Both the position numbers and the translations under genes were made by a program. 51,558 nucleotides of DNA from Candidatus Sericytochromatia bacterium (GTDB taxonomy: Bacteria > Cyanobacteriota > Sericytochromatia > S15B-MN24 > UBA4093): contig JAKFCT010000060.1 in the NCBI GenBank assembly GCA_036676495.1, forward strand, positions 1-51,558. The letters run 5' to 3'. A model generated the notes under the pieces. It worked only from the letters and a program-made list of their open reading frames with translations. It searched no databases and was not told the DNA's origin. Positions 38,501-46,709 of the stretch are shown one piece after another; position 1 is the first letter of the stretch; each line of letters opens with the position of its first letter.

Positions 38501-41497
38501 CCCGACGACAAGCTGCGCGTGCTGGCCGGCTACTGCGCCCGCCAGCTGGCCGAAGCCTCCCGGCTCAAGCGCGAGGTCGATCAGGCCTTCCTCTTCGCAG
38601 ATCTCTGGGCCGCCTACTCGGGCAAGACCCTCGACTGGTGGCGCTTCCGGGCCGAACTGGCCCGCGACGCGGGCCGCGCGTCGATGGCGATCGCCCTCTA
38701 CCGCGGCATCGTCCTCACCCATCCCGAGGCCCTCGAAGACGCCCTCTCGCTCACCCGCTGCTACCCGGATCCCCGCGAGGCGCGTCCCCTGCTCGAAGGG
38801 CTCCTCGCCGAGCGCCCGAACGCGGTTGCGGCCGCTCATGCGCTCGCCATGCTGGCCCTCGACGATTCGGACATGGAAGGGGCCATCGCCTGGTGGAACC
38901 ATGCCCTCCAGCATGCCCCCTCCAACGCGACGCTCTGGCGGCGCCTCGCCGACTGCTACCGCCGGAGCGGCCGGTACGCGGAAGCCTGCGCGGCGTACGC
39001 GCGCCTGGATGCGCTCGTCCCCGCCGACCCGATTCTGCTCAAGGCCTGGGGAAATGCCGCCCTCAGCGGCGAGCTCTGGGAAGAAGCCCGCACTCCTTTC
39101 GGACAACTGGCCGAAACCCACGGAGATCGCGCCGCCATGCTCACCCTCGCGGAGGTGGCGACGACCCTCCAGGATCATCCCGAGGCATGGCGCTGGAGCC
39201 AGGTCCTGCTCGCGGAGGAGGAGCCGCCCGCCGAAGCCGAGACCCTGGCCATGGGAGCCGCCAAGGCGCTCGCCGAAGGCGCGAGCGGACAGGAAGCCCT
39301 CGACTGGTGGGAGCGGTACCTGGATCTGGCTCCCGGAGACATCGACGCGCACCTGAGCCAGAGCCGGGTCCTCAAGGCCGAAGGGATGCTGGAAGAGGCG
39401 ATCGCCACGCTTCACCACACCCTGGACCTCGCGCCGGACGACAGCACGGCCCTGCGTCTCCTGGCCGATTGCTACCGCCAGTCGGGAGATCTCGCCGCGG
39501 CCGGGGACGTCCTCGAAACCGCCCTTCAAGCGGACCCCAAGGACCACGAATCGCTCTTCGCCCTGGCCGAGATGGCCTGGGATCGCGGCGAAATCCAGCG
39601 GGTCTGGGAGCTGGGCCAGCAACTGCTCGCCATCAACAACCGCAACCCCCAGGCCCAGGGACTCATCGCCCGCTGCGCGAAGCTGCTCGCCGAGGAAGCG
39701 TCCACCCAGGGAGACTGGGATAACGCGATCCTTTACTGGGAGCTGCTGCTCAGCTTCGACATCGACGAGGAGACCGCCCTCCAGAGCCTGAGCCAGGCCT
39801 ACGTCAACGCCGGCCGCTACGCCGAAGCCGTGGGCATCCAGCGCGAGGTGGTGCGCATCTTCCCCGAAGACCCCGACCGCCGCTTCCGGCTCGGAGAGAT
39901 CGCGGTCATGGGAGGCTTCTGGGACGAAGCACGGGCGACCTTCCTGGAGCTGCGCGAGGCCGATCCCAGCCACATCCCCACCCATCACGCCCTGGCGTCG
40001 GTGGCGCTCGCCCTGGACGACTTGGAAGCCGCCGAAGGCCATTTCCTCGATGCCCTGGCCCAGGACGCGCACGACCTGAAGGCGCGGATCGGGCTGGCCC
40101 GGCTCTACATGGCCCAACGCCCGAAGCAGGCCTGGGACGTGCTCAAACCGGCGACCACCGAGACCCCCGTCAAGGGAGAGATTGCCGCCCTCTCTTACCA
40201 GGCTCTGGATCGCCTCGCCGAAGAAGCTCTTTCCCAGGAGCGCTTCGCCGAAGCGGTCGACCTCCGGCGCGAAGCCGTGGCGCTCGACCCCAACACCGAG
40301 GATCCCGCAGCCCGGCTCTGGCGCCGCAAGCTCGCCGCCAGCTTGGTGAAAGCCGGCCGCAAACCCGAAGCCGTCCGCGAGCTCGCGTCCCTTCTGGAAA
40401 GCGATCCCGGAGACGTCGAGGCCTCCTACTTGCTCGGCAGCATCCACCGCCAGAGCTCGGATCTGGAGAGCGCTTGCCGGGTCTTCGAGCGAATCCTCGA
40501 CCTGCAGCCTGGTCACGTGGAAGCCCGGATCGCCCTGGCAGAGATCGACTGGGAGATTTCGGACCTCGACGGGGCCTGGACCCACGTCCAGGAAGCCTTG
40601 CAGGCCCAGCCGACCCACGAAGCCGGACGGAGCCTGTTCAGGAAGCTGGCCCTGGCCTTCGCGGACCGCGCGCAGCAAGACGGCGAGCTCTCCGAGGCGG
40701 TGCAATGGTGGAACCATGTCTGGCGCCAGGACCAGCGGGACCTCGAAACCCTCCGCAAGATGGCCCGCGCCCACATCGCCCTGGGCCAGCTCTCGGCGGC
40801 CGCCGACTGCTACGCCTTCGCGCTGGATCTCGACCCCAAGGATCTCGAAACCGCCCATATCCTGGCGGATATCCACCGCCAGCGCGGCGACCTCAAGGCC
40901 GCCGAAAAGCCGCTCTTGCGGATCGTCGCCCTGGACCCTCGCCACGCCCCGAGCCTGCGGGCTCTCTTGAAGCTGGCGCGCGATCGCGACAACGCCCCCG
41001 AAGCCCTCAAGCGCGCCTACGACCTCCTCGACGTGGAGCCCGACGATCCCGAATCCCTCTTCATCATGGCCTGGGCGCACCAGCAAATGCTGGAACGGCG
41101 CGCCGCACTGGAAGCTTGCAAGGAGTTGATCACCATCGATCCCCAGCATGCGGAAGGACACCACCTCATGGGCCAGATCGCACGCGACCTGGGCGACTAC
41201 GATCTCGCCAAAAAGGTCCTCACGACCGCCCTCTACCTCCGCCCGTGCGCCGCCTACTACCACACCATGGGCACCATCTACTCCGCCATGGGCTACACTG
41301 ACGAATCCCTCGCCTCCTTCAACCAGTCACTGGGCATGGATCCCGACTACGCCGAAGCGCACGCCGATCTCGGGTTGGGCCTCGTCCGCATGCGCCAGGT
41401 CGAGAAGGCCAAACCCCACCTCCAGAAGGCATTCAACCTGATCCCGAAGGACACCGAGCGCTCGCTCGCCCTCCAGTGCGCCCTGGACCTGCTCTGA
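32507..41497 (+). CDS. Giant tetratricopeptide-repeat protein (2996 aa)
   Basis: Uninterrupted 9-kb ORF of TPR-like units (ARLNLGAVLSELGDFDGAIAQYR...; AEAHADLGLGLVRMRQVEKAKPHLQKA); no signal peptide or catalytic domain recognised. Confidence 0.93.
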   Translation: MHPKALTLQNAGLAHQKQGEFPQAREAYLQALALDARLDTARLNLGAVLSELGDFDGAIAQYRTLLDTHPDHPKAMFGLVRALAGARRLEDAQQTLDRLAELGADDLPVPKLQAWLAAQRAPKPDAGQPDAGQPNARPPAASLPTAPEPAPPELPAPASPLPQDVQGLLAQGQALLGEELAGEAIAPLREAVRRDPDDVRAHLLLAEALTQAGDGEGAWQAYAEVTFRQPDAPGLRERLIALCRQQARAADAAHALRWWERLQGLQPSDLEAARALEQSYTSQSRVMDLIRLLQSQAERTSDPAVILRLGQALGAINRTTEALALYQQALSERPEALAIRRAAATLALLDQQPGLARQLLSEAENLPPDVELLLARANFEEGRTEEGWGVLNPLLDLPEVAERAQALGIEFVRPFALRLSGELRDPRGAATWWRRLLSCRPGDEQALDALEGLYQELDRPQDLAEILALRPPSMLDSGQIQRLIAAWLAAGRPDSAHAALSDLATRAGDPNFARLELAKLSLTMGLATRAWRELEPLLKPPTPETTVLAGEISHQIALKLQESGDYAKALGWWKLHLHYQPKSPELKRVADAQLAAGDLAGAMQTLRECLRRHPEDEETMLTLAGFELAEGRFAEARVLFEAILKRNPDHLRAVQGMAEVSAGMGNDDASLTWSQRLLEITHDEIPELIQAARQAIDRSDDEDAWETLRKVLDKDATHAEALDLARTCLKRMAASYYGEIALAWWKELLAIDPQNLEALRELARGAVEAGRRDEATRRYQELVAVDPADPDAALWLGRGHLDAGRYEEARQSLSRSKEARERLDGVLIQAELALIDGDTQVARSLFGRAVGMSRGNIQAMAGLAKVTLAEGKAGDAWVMFKRLLQTPEAPKVRDDALACLRRLIQASPGAAALTWWEEVLALEPRSLEALRAIATLHHDAGTLDSALAFAHRALGLAPDDRDARRLTAEILRDRGQPEAAAQTLESLLASGSLEALQALARIDRSKATQALEDWLAKDPSRKDLRRLRVQWAMEAGKHQDAWPHLEILLSQDSDPTLVDVARSCLEILATGSQDAAEGASWWEKLLERDPGHGQALAAIANYCRATGQIDRANALTLRLIANGNSSPEAAMSLGTSLELQNQLDDARKAYAQAAQAQHPEAFLALGRLSMQAGQVAQAQALLERAAKLAPGRQTEIPFAQACLANGAALKAWDVLKHWLDKDDPPTRMARTALDQLLAAASEAEAIPLWHERLKLDARDPEAHAALFRHARATGDVAGQERHAPMVLESAPQDADAALVQGLARHRNGEDAEALLRIAADAGRAEAYLPLALTFWKKKDASSARLWLERHLQHAPAGSDALRLQLELARHEGQVEEEWRVLEQLETLPREATPPGTPRPESPFIQAKHALARKQLQGLRPQHAEPWVERALALGERDALEALASSWLSAAPPEGHGPGDDASKGHGPQAARELYARLIDLAPERPSAHQGLGNALLLLGDRRGALAALQTAYQHGERGPAIVSKLMELTWEAQNHEQAGSWAQRLLELVPDHPLALKTRLEAARELARRAAAPEEQQKWWQAVLKLAPEDPEALRMAAAIARALGDPATTARLLSQLHRVQPRDLSVLLSLADACLETGNRKGARRALELAQALDPEDLGLRARLAALLIEEGDAPAAEAALAEILSRDPENQDALKVLAGLKLDASPEEALTLLEQALKLGEDATIRELAVECAEQLARSQEGPAALDAWKRLLGIDPGHVGALRAIADDRLAAGRPDEALTPLFTLVKHDPAPETLFELARTLQACRRPHEATAFYLTLANQYDYLPAWQALAETSLASGDLDAAHDAANRLLREQAPGAVDLVLRAARGLARRAEAAGDSEAAHRFWSEALEHAPTDLDALEGLAQAAENLGRLEESVALLRRLEPLDPSPRSSVKLAEILIKQGSDEEAEKLFSRALASDPEEPHAHAALARLAQGRGDFLIAGDHAQRALRRMPDDKLRVLAGYCARQLAEASRLKREVDQAFLFADLWAAYSGKTLDWWRFRAELARDAGRASMAIALYRGIVLTHPEALEDALSLTRCYPDPREARPLLEGLLAERPNAVAAAHALAMLALDDSDMEGAIAWWNHALQHAPSNATLWRRLADCYRRSGRYAEACAAYARLDALVPADPILLKAWGNAALSGELWEEARTPFGQLAETHGDRAAMLTLAEVATTLQDHPEAWRWSQVLLAEEEPPAEAETLAMGAAKALAEGASGQEALDWWERYLDLAPGDIDAHLSQSRVLKAEGMLEEAIATLHHTLDLAPDDSTALRLLADCYRQSGDLAAAGDVLETALQADPKDHESLFALAEMAWDRGEIQRVWELGQQLLAINNRNPQAQGLIARCAKLLAEEASTQGDWDNAILYWELLLSFDIDEETALQSLSQAYVNAGRYAEAVGIQREVVRIFPEDPDRRFRLGEIAVMGGFWDEARATFLELREADPSHIPTHHALASVALALDDLEAAEGHFLDALAQDAHDLKARIGLARLYMAQRPKQAWDVLKPATTETPVKGEIAALSYQALDRLAEEALSQERFAEAVDLRREAVALDPNTEDPAARLWRRKLAASLVKAGRKPEAVRELASLLESDPGDVEASYLLGSIHRQSSDLESACRVFERILDLQPGHVEARIALAEIDWEISDLDGAWTHVQEALQAQPTHEAGRSLFRKLALAFADRAQQDGELSEAVQWWNHVWRQDQRDLETLRKMARAHIALGQLSAAADCYAFALDLDPKDLETAHILADIHRQRGDLKAAEKPLLRIVALDPRHAPSLRALLKLARDRDNAPEALKRAYDLLDVEPDDPESLFIMAWAHQQMLERRAALEACKELITIDPQHAEGHHLMGQIARDLGDYDLAKKVLTTALYLRPCAAYYHTMGTIYSAMGYTDESLASFNQSLGMDPDYAEAHADLGLGLVRMRQVEKAKPHLQKAFNLIPKDTERSLALQCALDLL

Positions 41498-41592
41498 TCA
41501 CAAAGGCTGGAAGCAGTGGGGCGGGCCTCTGTGCCCGCCATGCATTACAATTAAGCCATCGCACTTGAGGCTCTGAGAGCGCCGGAGGAACC

Positions 41593-42324
41593 ATGATCAA
41601 CCAGCATGCGCCGAAGCTCGGCGTCAACATCGACCACGTCGCCACCATCCGCCAGGCCCGCCGGACCGTCGAACCCGATCCGGTCGCCGCGGCCGTGCTC
41701 GCCGAGCTGGCCGGAGCCGACTCCATCACCGTTCACCTGCGCGAGGACCGGCGCCACATCCAGGACCGCGACGTGCGGATCCTGCGCGAGACCCTGCGCG
41801 TTCCCATGAACCTCGAGATGGCCGCCACGGCGGAGATGCTCGCCATCGCCCGCGAAATCAAGCCCGCCCAGGTCTCCCTGGTGCCCGAGAAGCGCGCGGA
41901 AGTCACCACCGAAGGCGGACTCGACGTTCGTTCGCAACTCGATACCCTGCGCCCGCTCGTTTCGGAGCTCAAGCAAGCCGGCATCGTGGTGGCGATGTTC
42001 ATCGACCCGACCCCGGATCAGGTCTACGCCTCGAAGGAGGTCGGAGCCGACGCCATCGAGCTGCATACCGGCACCTACGCCGAGAAGGGCGAGAAGCACG
42101 CCGCCGAGCTGGAGCGGCTGCGCGTCGCCAGCATGCTCGCGGTGGAGGCGGGCCTACGCCTGCATGCCGGCCATGGCCTCACCTACTGGAACGTCCGGCC
42201 GGTCGCGCTGATCCCCGAGATGGCCGAGCTCAACATCGGGCATTCGATCGTCTCGCGGGCCGTCCTGGTCGGCATGGAGCGGGCCGTCCGCGAGATGAAG
42301 CTCGCCATGCGGGGACAGCTCTAA
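41593..42324 (+). CDS. pdxJ: Pyridoxine 5'-phosphate synthase
   Basis: [59 protein letters not shown]. Confidence 0.98.
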   Translation: MINQHAPKLGVNIDHVATIRQARRTVEPDPVAAAVLAELAGADSITVHLREDRRHIQDRDVRILRETLRVPMNLEMAATAEMLAIAREIKPAQVSLVPEKRAEVTTEGGLDVRSQLDTLRPLVSELKQAGIVVAMFIDPTPDQVYASKEVGADAIELHTGTYAEKGEKHAAELERLRVASMLAVEAGLRLHAGHGLTYWNVRPVALIPEMAELNIGHSIVSRAVLVGMERAVREMKLAMRGQL

Positions 42325-42481
42325 GTTTTTCGCTCCCGGGAACCAGCGCCCCCTAAAGGCGGTCTACCCACATGGAACCTGGTATAATGGACCCAGTGTT
42401 GAGCGTACCTCCCTCAAGTGACTAGCCTCAACGGCAATCAATTTTGAGGAGGAAGCCTTTTAAAGGGGGAAAGACGACCCG

Positions 42482-43336
42482 ATGGTCAACAACTTCAAGA
42501 CGTTCGTTCTTCTGGCTGCCTTGACGGCCCTGCTCATCGGAGCGGGTTTCGTGATGGGGGGCCGCGGAGGGTTGATGATCGCCCTGGGCCTCACGGTGAT
42601 CATGAACTTCGCCGGTTACTGGTTCTCCGACAAGATCGCCCTCAAGATGAGCGGAGCCCGCGAGGTCAGCCCCGCGGAGGCCCCCGAGCTTCATTCCATG
42701 GTCGGCAACCTGGTCCAGCGGGCGAACCTCCCGATGCCCCGGGTCTACATCATGCCGACGATGACTCCCAACGCCTTCGCGACCGGCCGTAACCCCAAGC
42801 ACTCGGCGGTGGCGGTGACCGAAGGGATCATGCAGATCCTGGACCGCGACGAGATGGAAGGCGTGCTCGCACACGAGCTGGCCCACATCAAGAACCGCGA
42901 CATCCTGATCTCGTCGATCGCCGCGATGCTGGCCGGCGCCCTCACGCAGCTGGCCAACATGTTCCAGTGGGCCATGATCTTCGGCGTCGGCCGCGACGAG
43001 GAGGACGGCCCCGCCTCGATGGCCGGCGGCATCGCGATGATGGTCCTCGCTCCCTTCGCGGCCATGCTGGTGCAGATGGCCGTCTCGCGCTCGCGCGAGT
43101 ACGAAGCCGACCGGATCGGCGCGCAGATCTGCGGCCGCCCGCTCAGTCTCGCCAACGCCCTCCTCAAGCTGGAGCGCGGAGCCCAGCTGGTGCCGATGGC
43201 GGCGAACCCTGCCACCGCGCACATGTACATCGTCAACCCGCTGCGGGGAGCCTCGCTGATGAAGCTCTTCAGCACCCACCCCGCCACCGAGGAGCGCGTC
43301 GCCCGCCTGCGGGCCATGGCCTTCGGACAGGCCTAA
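42482..43336 (+). CDS. htpX: Zinc metalloprotease HtpX (M48)
   Basis: PNAFATGRNP, HELAH, SRSREYEAD, FSTHP..EERV; TGGTATAAT upstream at 42380-42388. Confidence 0.97.
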   Translation: MVNNFKTFVLLAALTALLIGAGFVMGGRGGLMIALGLTVIMNFAGYWFSDKIALKMSGAREVSPAEAPELHSMVGNLVQRANLPMPRVYIMPTMTPNAFATGRNPKHSAVAVTEGIMQILDRDEMEGVLAHELAHIKNRDILISSIAAMLAGALTQLANMFQWAMIFGVGRDEEDGPASMAGGIAMMVLAPFAAMLVQMAVSRSREYEADRIGAQICGRPLSLANALLKLERGAQLVPMAANPATAHMYIVNPLRGASLMKLFSTHPATEERVARLRAMAFGQA

Positions 43337-43378
43337 CGCCTGCAGCTAAACCGTCAGGCCACTCCCGCCTTCCCGTCG

Positions 43379-43411
43379 AGCCCGCCGCCACCCGCGGCGG
43401 GCTTTCTTTTT
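43379..43411 (+). terminator. Intrinsic terminator after htpX
   Basis: AGCCCGCCGC/GCGGCGGGCT stem followed by TTCTTTTT. Confidence 0.85.
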
Positions 43412-43530
43412 CTCCGCGCCTCCCGCCCGCTAAAACTTCGGCAAATCTTGATTAAACGGCACCAAGCCCGCCCGTTTCGGGGCACATTGTATAAGGACTC
43501 TCCCTATTTGCTTCGGAAAGGAGCCGCCGC

Positions 43531-45402
43531 ATGAGCGGAGACCTTCTCAGCTCCGTCAGAAGCCCCGGCCGCCAAGCGCTCGGGGAAATCCTGCTGGGGC
43601 TTCGCAAGATCGATTCCCAACAGCTGGCAAACGCCCTTCAAGAGCAGCAGCAACTCAACCAGAAGCTGGGAGACGTCCTCGTCGCCAAGGGTTTCATCTC
43701 CCAGAAGGACCTGGATTACGCCCTCGCCCTGCAGCAGCAGCGCGACCCCGAAGGGCCCGCGCTCGCCCGCAAGAAGCTGGGAGACCTGCTTCTCGATGCC
43801 GGCCGCATCTCGACGGCCCAGCTGGAAGCCGCTCTGGAAGAACAGAGCCTCGGCTCCAAGAAGATCGGCGACGTGCTGATCGAGATGGGCTTCGTCTCGC
43901 CGCAAGAGCTCGAGACCACCCTCCGGATCCAGGATTCGTTCCGCCGCCGCAACACCAACCGCCTGGCGGCTCCGACCGCGCATGATCCGCTCGCCGCCTT
44001 CAATGAGCCGCCTGCCGTGCGCTTCCGCAAACTGGTGGGACGTGAGTTCGCCTCCGCCGAGGAAGCCCTGGCCGTGACCCGCGGGCTCGAAGGCAAGGAT
44101 GCCGAAGCGCTCGAAGCCGCCCTCCAGCAGCTCTCCCAGTTGCAGGAGGAATGGCTCCTGCCCTACGTGGCCGCGCGCCGCAATCCCTCCATCCGCCCCC
44201 AACTGCTGGCGACCGAGAACGAGATCCTCGACCTGATCAAGCTGGTCAAGGAACGCCAGGATCTCCAATCCTACTGGGACCGCCTTTTCCATGAATGGTC
44301 CTACACCCGCAAGAAAATTGCCGAGGAAGCCGACCGCGTCCACCGCCTCGAGCTCGCCAAGATCAAGAAGCAGCAGCTCATGGCCCGCATCCAGGACATG
44401 ATCTTCAACCTGCTGGGCAACGTCCCTCCCAAGCTGTTGAACAAGGTCATGGAAATGATCTCCAAGGCCGCCGACGGTGGAAACCTCGATCAGCTAGAAG
44501 CCAAGCTCACCGACCTGATCGAGATGATCCTGCGCCTCTTCCAGAAGATGAAGGGCGAGAGCCCCTCGAGCACCCAGCTGGAAAAGCTCCTCGAAGCCGC
44601 TCTCGGCGGGATGGAAGCGGACGCCGGTTCCCCCGGCCTCGATCCCAAGATCGAGCAGCTGCTCTCCAAGTTGATTGCCCAGATGGAAAGCCCGTCTCAG
44701 GATGCCCAGAGCCTGGAAGGCATGCTTCAGCAGCTTGGCGTCGGAGCCTCGCTGCCCACGCTCCCCGGGGCCCCGCAGGCTCCGACCACGGCCTCCGTCC
44801 TTCAGGGTTCCGGACTCGGGAACCTGCTCGGACAAGCCGTGGCCGGCTTCGGCGCACTGGACGCCGCGCCCGGCATCCACGTGCAAACGGCTCAAGCCGA
44901 CGCCCTCCGGGCCAAGCCCAAGACGGAAGCCCCTAGCGATCTGACCGCGGCAGCGGCCGGCGCCATCAACGCGAAGGCGAACGCGCAGCTGGATGCGCTC
45001 CAGGGCCTGGGGGCAACGGCCGCCCCGGCTCCGACCGCCGACTTCGACACCCTCACGGCCGGAGTCGCCATGGAGCTGGTCAGCGCGATGAATTACCGCT
45101 ACCGGGGCGTCACCACCCCGGTGAGCTCCCCGGACGATCCCTGGGTCCAGGCGCTCCTGAGCGGCCAGGAGACCCCCGAGACCATGGAGGCCTCGTTCCA
45201 TCAGTACTACGCCGGCGATCGCCGCGGCATCGAGATGTCGGACGCCCTCGACTTCATCACGCACATGAACCGGACCTTCCGGGGAGTGGAGGAGCGCCCC
45301 GCGTTCGACGATCCCTGGGTGCATGCGCTGGTGAACGGCCAATCCACCCCGGCCGAGGTCGAGACCCAGTGGAAGGACTACTACGCTCAGACCGCCGTCT
45401 AG
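43531..45402 (+). CDS. Protein with two tandem MshEN-like domains, helical middle and duplicated C-terminal module
   Basis: Four 24-residue motifs (ALGEILL.., KLGDVLV..G, KLGDLLL..G, KIGDVLI..G ...LxxxLxxQ) paired by 5-residue linkers; AAAGGAG RBS. Confidence 0.85.
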   Translation: MSGDLLSSVRSPGRQALGEILLGLRKIDSQQLANALQEQQQLNQKLGDVLVAKGFISQKDLDYALALQQQRDPEGPALARKKLGDLLLDAGRISTAQLEAALEEQSLGSKKIGDVLIEMGFVSPQELETTLRIQDSFRRRNTNRLAAPTAHDPLAAFNEPPAVRFRKLVGREFASAEEALAVTRGLEGKDAEALEAALQQLSQLQEEWLLPYVAARRNPSIRPQLLATENEILDLIKLVKERQDLQSYWDRLFHEWSYTRKKIAEEADRVHRLELAKIKKQQLMARIQDMIFNLLGNVPPKLLNKVMEMISKAADGGNLDQLEAKLTDLIEMILRLFQKMKGESPSSTQLEKLLEAALGGMEADAGSPGLDPKIEQLLSKLIAQMESPSQDAQSLEGMLQQLGVGASLPTLPGAPQAPTTASVLQGSGLGNLLGQAVAGFGALDAAPGIHVQTAQADALRAKPKTEAPSDLTAAAAGAINAKANAQLDALQGLGATAAPAPTADFDTLTAGVAMELVSAMNYRYRGVTTPVSSPDDPWVQALLSGQETPETMEASFHQYYAGDRRGIEMSDALDFITHMNRTFRGVEERPAFDDPWVHALVNGQSTPAEVETQWKDYYAQTAV

Positions 45403-45430
45403 CGCCTACGACGTTCGAGCCAAGCAAATC

Positions 45431-45465
45431 GACGAAGGCCCCTCTCGGCGAGAGGGGCCTTCGTC
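45431..45465. terminator. Hairpin between convergent genes
   Basis: GACGAAGGCCCCTCTC-GGC-GAGAGGGGCCTTCGTC perfect inverted repeat. Confidence 0.8.
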
Positions 45466-45530
45466 TTGAAGTCTTGAATGACGGTTTCGAGGCGGAGAAA
45501 GAACGAGGGGCGCCCGTGGGCGCCCCGTCG

Positions 45531-46559
45531 CTACCGGATGAGGTTGAGGAGCTGATCCTGGGAGTTGTTGTACTCCTGGAGCATGGTCGAGAGGTTCTTG
45601 AAGACAAAGTCCGCCGTCTGGTTCTCGAGAATCGAGAGCTGCAGCGCCACCTGGGCGTCCACCTGCTCGATGCGGTTCCCGAAGACCGTGAACTCGCCCT
45701 TGGAGTTCAGGTCGGAATTGACTTCCCGGTAGAAGTCCGTCACCGTCCGGACGGTCGATCCGGCCAGGGTGCTCAGCGAGAAGTTGTAAGTGGTGGGCCC
45801 GAAAGACGAGATGTTGAGTTCCGACTGGTTAGGCACCCGGACGATGGCGAGCTGGCTCGTCAGGCCATCGTACTGGAGGGCTTCCTTCCCGTCGGTACCG
45901 GTCGCGTAGGTGGCAATTCCCTTGATGACCTTTCCGCGCGGGTCGCTGGAGCCGACGGCTCCGTCGCGACTGCCCAGCATGCCCGGGGGGCCCGTCTCTT
46001 CGGGGCGCAATTCCCCGTTGGGTCCCATGGTCCCTTTCGGAGGCAGGCGGCGGATCTTCATGAAGTCCTTGCTGCTCGGGTCCGTCTCGATGTCGCCGGC
46101 CCTCAGGACGAAGAGGCCCTGGTTATTGACGAGTTGGTAGACGGGATTCTTGGCCTCGTCGACGCCGGTTTGCTTCCAGGTGAAGGTGCCATCGCGGGTC
46201 AGCATGACCCGGGCGCCGGGATTCAGGCTCTCGGCGACGGCAAAGAAGCCGTTGCCCTGGATGCCCAGGTTCGAGAGGGCTCCGTCAGCGCCCTTGAGGG
46301 GATCCTGGCGGTGTTGCAGGGCGGTCCGCTGGATGGTCAGCTCGCCGGCCGTCAGGCCCATGGGGGAACGTCCGCCGAGGCTCGACGTTCCGGCCGATCC
46401 GGGATCGATCTCGAACGAGGACTGCTGCATGCCCAGGTGGGTCTTGCGCTGCTTGAAGCCCGGCAAGAGGCCGCCCTGGGCGTTCAACAGGATGTTGTTG
46501 CGCCAGGCGTCCACCGTCCGGAAGGTATTGATGAAGTTGTAGCGTAAATCGAATCCCAT
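45531..46559 (-). CDS. Divergent flagellar rod/hook (FlgE/F/G family) protein
   Basis: PGFK, NLGIQGNGFFAV, LTRDGTF, LVNNQGLFVL, LAIVRVPN, C-terminal helix ending QLLNLIR; GGAGG RBS. Confidence 0.8.
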   Translation of the reverse strand: MGFDLRYNFINTFRTVDAWRNNILLNAQGGLLPGFKQRKTHLGMQQSSFEIDPGSAGTSSLGGRSPMGLTAGELTIQRTALQHRQDPLKGADGALSNLGIQGNGFFAVAESLNPGARVMLTRDGTFTWKQTGVDEAKNPVYQLVNNQGLFVLRAGDIETDPSSKDFMKIRRLPPKGTMGPNGELRPEETGPPGMLGSRDGAVGSSDPRGKVIKGIATYATGTDGKEALQYDGLTSQLAIVRVPNQSELNISSFGPTTYNFSLSTLAGSTVRTVTDFYREVNSDLNSKGEFTVFGNRIEQVDAQVALQLSILENQTADFVFKNLSTMLQEYNNSQDQLLNLIR

Positions 46560-46709
46560 CGCGACCTCCGATCAGCCTCACCTTGGGATCCTACCCAACG
46601 CTCGCCTGTTCTAATCCAGGCAGGGCCGGACCCCGCTGGCTTCCGGCATCCAGGAGATAGCGCCCGCGGCTCAACCACCGCGATCGCGGCTAAATCGACG
46701 CGATGGGGG

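Noticed and set aside
38435-41263. 942-aa minus-strand ORF and other long ORFs inside the TPR gene
   Set aside because: Antisense or alternate-frame shadows with no motifs
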